This document shows positions 59,640 to 64,000 of a stretch of 64,000 nucleotides of DNA, one piece after another (position 1 is the stretch's first letter; each line of letters starts with the position of its first letter). Below the pieces are notes generated by a model, which was not told the origin of the DNA, did no database searches, and saw only the letters and a list, made by a program, of their open reading frames with translations. Source of the DNA: a virus. Taxonomy: Duplodnaviria; Heunggongvirae; Uroviricota; Caudoviricetes. Where the stretch lies: the IMG/VR virus record IMGVR_UViG_3300028888_000051, positions 99,384 to 163,383 of that record, one strand, 5' to 3'. The translations under genes and the position numbers were made by a program.

Positions 59640-59838
59640 AATAATCTATAATATTATCTTTACCTGCTAAAACAGTATCATCATCTAAAATTAAAGATGG
59701 TGTTTGTTTAATATTATATTGCTCTACTAAATTTTCATGTTCAGTTACATCAATAATATCAATATCTATATTATTTTCTTGAAAATATTGCTTAACCATT
59801 TTACATGGCATACATCCAGGCATTGTCAATAAACGCAT
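59620..59838 (-). CDS. Glutaredoxin/NrdH-like redoxin
   Basis: CMPC active site, QTP cis-Pro motif. Confidence 0.9.
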   Translation of the reverse strand: MRLLTMPGCMPCKMVKQYFQENNIDIDIIDVTEHENLVEQYNIKQTPSLILDDDTVLAGKDNIIDYFEEEEN

Positions 59839-59851
59839 AGTCTTTTCCTCT

Positions 59852-60034
59852 CTAAAACCAAATGATATCTTTCATTGTTTGAAAAAGATTTTTATTTTTC
59901 TTTTTTTCTTTTTTATCCTGTTGAGTTTTTGTTTCTGCTTTTACTTCAATTGTTTTTTCTAAAAGTTTTGTATCTTCATTTTTCTTAGATACTCTCTTAG
60001 ATATTGATTGTTTAGTATTTTTCTTTGTAGTCAT
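59852..60034 (-). CDS. Small Lys-rich protein
   Basis: 60 aa, AAGGA RBS. Confidence 0.55.
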   Translation of the reverse strand: MTTKKNTKQSISKRVSKKNEDTKLLEKTIEVKAETKTQQDKKEKKKNKNLFQTMKDIIWF

Positions 60035-60112
60035 GACTAATCCTTATCCTATTTATACTATATTATAGAATTCATATAATGAATTTAAAATTCAAATTAT
60101 TTTTCCAATTAT

Positions 60113-61612
60113 TTATATTATAATTATCTGAGCTGTATTATTTTCATGTATTAAAACATTAGCGTGTATCCACTTAGTCATACCTTTTTGATTATAATTT
60201 ACAATAAGTTTGGATAATGTACCAGCATAAATAGTATTTCCATTTATAGCACAACTATGTGTATGACCAACAATACAATTTTCAAAAGTTTTATTAAAGG
60301 CATTTGGACTACCAAAAGCACCAGATATACCTGAATCACCGTGCTCAGAAAGTTCAAAACCACATATTTCAAAACTTTCATTTCTAGGTAAATATTCAAA
60401 ATTATTTGGTAGGTGAGGATCTAAAATATGCTTTCCATCGCAATAATCCATAAAAAGTTCTGCACCTATTCTAGCATTTGTTTTATCTTTTACAAATTCA
60501 CCTGTATCCAACCATTTTTCAACAAAAGTATCATGATTTGAATTGACAATTTTAAATTTTGTGTTAGAACAAACTTGTGATAAATTCCATATTTTATCAA
60601 CAACTACTTTCATTTCATTACCTAGACAAGCATTTTCAAAAGTTATATTTTGAGCATTAAATAAAGCTTTTCCAAAATTATGATGACAAATACTATTCCA
60701 AGAAGCAATATCATGTAGCATTACATATTCAGGATTATATTTTTTTATAAATTCAATAGTTTTATCTAAAGCAATTTTATCTTCATCAGGTAAATGTAAA
60801 TCACCTAAAACAATAGCCGGTATAGTTTTATTTTTAACTATTTTATTCATATAGTATTTAATATCTAAATCACAAATACAATTATCATTAAATACTAAAT
60901 TACGTATTACATATCTGTTTTTTTCTTGATTCCATTCTAAAAGAATTGCACCATATTTATGATATTTATTATCAATATTTCCAGCAATTGTATCTTTGTA
61001 TTCTGGTAAAGACAATGTACCTGTTGAACATCCTATTCTATAAGGCATATATTGCTTATATGGAAAGACTTCTAAATATTGTTTAGTTGAACCAACTATT
61101 ATAGTTCTTAAATTTGTTGATAATTTATCTAAATTTGATAATGGATTTTTTTGTGTAATAGGAATAAGAAAATCTTGAGCAACACATGATTTATCTTTTT
61201 CAAAAACAAATTTCGTTGCTAAATATGGTTTCAATAAAGCAAAAATATCTTTTGAAAAAGTTTCATTTTTTCTAATACTTTTACCCCATAAAATACCTAA
61301 CTCTGCTTTATTAGTTTTACAGTAAGTCATTAAACATTTATAAAATTCTAAATTTATTTCTGAACCATCATTTACATGTGTAATTACAATTTTATCTATA
61401 TTTTTATCAAATACTTTTTCTAAATTTGTGCGTGTAACTAAAAGATTTTCTTCAACTTCTTTGACAAAATTTGTCCAATTGCCCCAAATTTTTTCAATTA
61501 AAGATGATGAATATTCTGGTTGTAATTTACGATATTCACTTCTAGATAATCTTTTATTACTTAGTTCACATAAATGTTTGAAATAATTAATAATTTCTAT
61601 TCTATTCATCAT
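60113..61612 (-). CDS. Metallophosphoesterase with N-terminal HTH-like repeat
   Basis: GDLH, HD, NHD, EHGD, GHTH motifs. Confidence 0.8.
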   Translation of the reverse strand: MMNRIEIINYFKHLCELSNKRLSRSEYRKLQPEYSSSLIEKIWGNWTNFVKEVEENLLVTRTNLEKVFDKNIDKIVITHVNDGSEINLEFYKCLMTYCKTNKAELGILWGKSIRKNETFSKDIFALLKPYLATKFVFEKDKSCVAQDFLIPITQKNPLSNLDKLSTNLRTIIVGSTKQYLEVFPYKQYMPYRIGCSTGTLSLPEYKDTIAGNIDNKYHKYGAILLEWNQEKNRYVIRNLVFNDNCICDLDIKYYMNKIVKNKTIPAIVLGDLHLPDEDKIALDKTIEFIKKYNPEYVMLHDIASWNSICHHNFGKALFNAQNITFENACLGNEMKVVVDKIWNLSQVCSNTKFKIVNSNHDTFVEKWLDTGEFVKDKTNARIGAELFMDYCDGKHILDPHLPNNFEYLPRNESFEICGFELSEHGDSGISGAFGSPNAFNKTFENCIVGHTHSCAINGNTIYAGTLSKLIVNYNQKGMTKWIHANVLIHENNTAQIIII

Positions 61613-62343
61613 TTTTTACTCACTGTCTTAGATTTCTTTTTGGGTTTACTAATAATTTTCTTTTTCTTCTTTTCTCTTTCTGCCTTGGCTAATTCTTTAA
61701 TATGTTTTTGATAAATTTCTTCAAAATCAATTCTTGCTTTTTCTTCTTCATTTTTTAATACTAAATCATGCTCAATAATATGATCACATAAACCATATTT
61801 TAAACATTGATCTGCATTTAAAATTCCTCTTTCGTCTTCATATAATTTATCTAATAAATTAATAGATAATTTACCATCACTACAATCTAAATATAAATTT
61901 TTAATATTTTCTGTATATTCTGTATTTTGCTTATAAATTTTTTCTATTTCTGTTTGTTTTGTAGTAACATTAAAAAGTGTGCCAAAATGTAAATGATGTG
62001 TAGCTATTTTACTCATAAATCTTTCTGTACCATGTACAGCTATAAGTGAAGCAGCTGAAGCTACATGTCCTAAAACAAAGGTTTCTAAAGTAATATTATA
62101 AAGCTTAGCTATATTCATAAGTCCAATAATATTCATCATTACAAATGATTCACCACCGGGCGAATTAATAAAAAATTGTAATCTTTTACCCATATTATCT
62201 GGATTAAATATAAAATTACTTAGATCACCAATTAAATATGCACAATTTTCAGTAGTTATTTCATCTAAAATAAAAACTTTATCTGTAAACATATAATTTC
62301 TAGGAACTTGTTGCATAATCGTATCTGTAGTTCCTGACCACAT
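61609..62343 (-). CDS. clpP: ClpP-like serine protease subunit
   Basis: FINSPGG, VASAAS, HHLH, KYGLCDHII. Confidence 0.85.
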   Translation of the reverse strand: MWSGTTDTIMQQVPRNYMFTDKVFILDEITTENCAYLIGDLSNFIFNPDNMGKRLQFFINSPGGESFVMMNIIGLMNIAKLYNITLETFVLGHVASAASLIAVHGTERFMSKIATHHLHFGTLFNVTTKQTEIEKIYKQNTEYTENIKNLYLDCSDGKLSINLLDKLYEDERGILNADQCLKYGLCDHIIEHDLVLKNEEEKARIDFEEIYQKHIKELAKAEREKKKKKIISKPKKKSKTVSKK

Positions 62344-62478
62344 ATTATTAATTCTCCTTTTTTAACTAAGATATTATATTGAACTCTAATAATAGTTAAA
62401 CAATCTTAAAAAATATTTCCAATATTTAATATAAAAGTTCTATTTATAAACGTTTTAATTAATTCTGGAATTATATCA

Positions 62479-63087
62479 ATGAAAAATAAAAAAAGCTTCA
62501 AAACCATGCTTTTACATACTATTTGTGAAAACATAAATAAAAATATTCTTAATGAATATTCTAATTTTCAACCAAATCTATTTGACCAAAAAGATATTGT
62601 TACTCGTACAGGTGAATTTGATGTAAATGGTGAAAAAGTAATTATTGAGCCATCTAAATTTGGTAACTATAATGTTTATAAATTTGGTCCAGTGCTTGGT
62701 GATTATCTTGCTCAATTTGATGAAGATAAAATTGCTCAGCAAATTGCAGAAATGTATTTAGATGATGAAAATGAAATGTCATCTATTTTAGAATATGCAA
62801 ATTTAGATGATGTTTTATTATTTCACACATCTAAAAACAAAAATATTGAAATTCCATTTAAAGAAATTAATCTTTACATTAGAGGTATGAATGCTTTACA
62901 AAATCGTAAAGATAGATATAGTATGGCAGCAGAATCTATTGATGAAGATTTAGAATACGAAAACGATCCAGCTGCAGAAACTGATACAGATGCAGATTGG
63001 ATGATAATGTGGAAAAACAATCAATTAAACAAAAATGATAATGAATCATATTTTGATTATTTAAATAGACTTAAAGATATATACTAA
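62479..63087 (+). CDS. Acidic hypothetical protein with leader motif
   Basis: KKSFKTMLLHTICEN..ILNEY N-terminus. Confidence 0.65.
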   Translation: MKNKKSFKTMLLHTICENINKNILNEYSNFQPNLFDQKDIVTRTGEFDVNGEKVIIEPSKFGNYNVYKFGPVLGDYLAQFDEDKIAQQIAEMYLDDENEMSSILEYANLDDVLLFHTSKNKNIEIPFKEINLYIRGMNALQNRKDRYSMAAESIDEDLEYENDPAAETDTDADWMIMWKNNQLNKNDNESYFDYLNRLKDIY

Positions 63088-63108
63088 TTAGATAAAGAGA
63101 AGTTAATT

Positions 63109-64000
63109 ATGAAAAACATTTTCGAAAACACAAAAAATTTAATATCTGAAACATTAAACAAACTTATATTAACTGAAGATGAAGATAAGTTTGTTTCAGT
63201 GATTGATAATAATAAATTTGATTCCTCTAAATTGAATGCTAATATTTATGATACAAAAGATAATATCGATCCAGATAAAGAAGAAGAAAAAAATAAATTA
63301 ACTTCTCAAGCTATTGAAAAAATTAAACAAAATCTTAAAGTATCTGATGAATTACAGTCTATTCTCAATAGAATAGATAAATTAAATAAAGATATAAAAT
63401 CTAATGATTGGCAAGTTAATGAAGAAAAGAATACAGCTATTTTGAGAAGCAAAAATGCTAGAATTTTTAAACAAAATAATAATCTGTGTCTATCTCATAA
63501 TGATAAAGTTGAAATATTTAAATCTGTTCCTGAATTACATGCTTGGTTAAAGAAAAATAATTATCCTTTACCAAAAAATATTAAATTGCACGAATCAAAA
63601 GATAATAATCCTTATATTTTATTAGGCAAAATTTGTCAACATTCAGATGAAAATTCATGGATTCAAAAAAAGGCTCTCGAGCTAGCAAATGGATTTGAAC
63701 ATAATGAAATTGATTATAATACATTTTATAATAGATTAAATGACTTAATTATGTTAAATAATTTTAATATAAATGAAGCAGTATTAACCGAAGAAGATGA
63801 GATTCCTGATGAAAATGCTCCTATTTATGATTTTGTTAATGATGATTCTGAATTAAGTAGATTAAAAAATCGTTACAAAGATACAAGATGGGCTCAAATC
63901 ATAGGTAAAAGATGGGGTGATTTAGGAAAAGTTATTGATGTAATGACTCCAGAAGAACGTGCAGAACAACAAAGACAAGATTCATGGGCTAATACTTATA
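63109..64000 (+). CDS. Partial ORF running off the window (absent from the ORF track), candidate internal head protein
   Basis: MKNIFENTKNLISETLNKLILTEDE..KLHES..INEAVLTEE..; no stop seen before 64000. Confidence 0.8.
   Translation, partial: MKNIFENTKNLISETLNKLILTEDEDKFVSVIDNNKFDSSKLNANIYDTKDNIDPDKEEEKNKLTSQAIEKIKQNLKVSDELQSILNRIDKLNKDIKSNDWQVNEEKNTAILRSKNARIFKQNNNLCLSHNDKVEIFKSVPELHAWLKKNNYPLPKNIKLHESKDNNPYILLGKICQHSDENSWIQKKALELANGFEHNEIDYNTFYNRLNDLIMLNNFNINEAVLTEEDEIPDENAPIYDFVNDDSELSRLKNRYKDTRWAQIIGKRWGDLGKVIDVMTPEERAEQQRQDSWANTY

Larger units (their letters stand above)
1..64000. other. Large myovirus virion morphogenesis region
   Basis: Sheath, tube, baseplate, spike, fibre, portal, neck, spanin and holin homologues densely packed; no host housekeeping context or integrase. 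Confidence 0.95.

Noticed and set aside
2362-60060. T4-type late promoter TATAAATA as the main late signal
   Set aside because: Copies occur, but some sit in or before terminators (3480, 4649) or on the wrong strand (about 43183); expected in AT-rich DNA and less consistent than GTTCTA
11597-61612. The two metallophosphoesterases as a special system
   Set aside because: They are unlinked, of different architecture, and common in large phages
1-64000. CRISPR array, tRNA, tmRNA, rRNA
   Set aside because: No run of three or more regularly spaced repeats and no cloverleaf or T-arm motif noticed; intergenic gaps are short. A tRNAscan/Infernal run is still needed

Overview
The whole 64 kb window is part of an AT-rich, large (probably jumbo) contractile-tailed phage genome read in the standard genetic code. 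12-32470 (+) holds a gp15-like tail terminator, acidic candidate head proteins, tail sheath, tube, assembly chaperone, tape measure, baseplate, spike and fibre genes. 32580-62343 (mostly -) holds a lysis cassette (two spanins, holin, no endolysin), fibre/adhesin genes, neck proteins, a 1464-aa multidomain protein, portal, GroEL/GroES, glutaredoxin, a metallophosphoesterase and a ClpP-like protease. Three free-standing homing-endonuclease-type ORFs are inserted. No major capsid, terminase, prohead protease, tRNA, rRNA, CRISPR array or reverse transcriptase gene was seen. Spanins point to a diderm host, and Shine-Dalgarno use argues against Bacteroidota (inference). Best leads: (1) many acidic proteins carry (I/L)-x-E protease-type sites and a shared 21-aa leader that bracket enzyme modules (nucleotidyltransferase, encapsulated-ferritin-like di-iron domain, altered nuclease), suggesting a capsid-cargo system; (2) a strand-specific GTTCTA motif precedes nearly every operon start; (3) a nuclease-methyltransferase fusion; (4) a candidate +1/-2 tail-chaperone frameshift the ORF track missed; (5) a small membrane peptide facing a convergent orphan promoter. 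All family calls come from motif recognition by eye; no searches were run.
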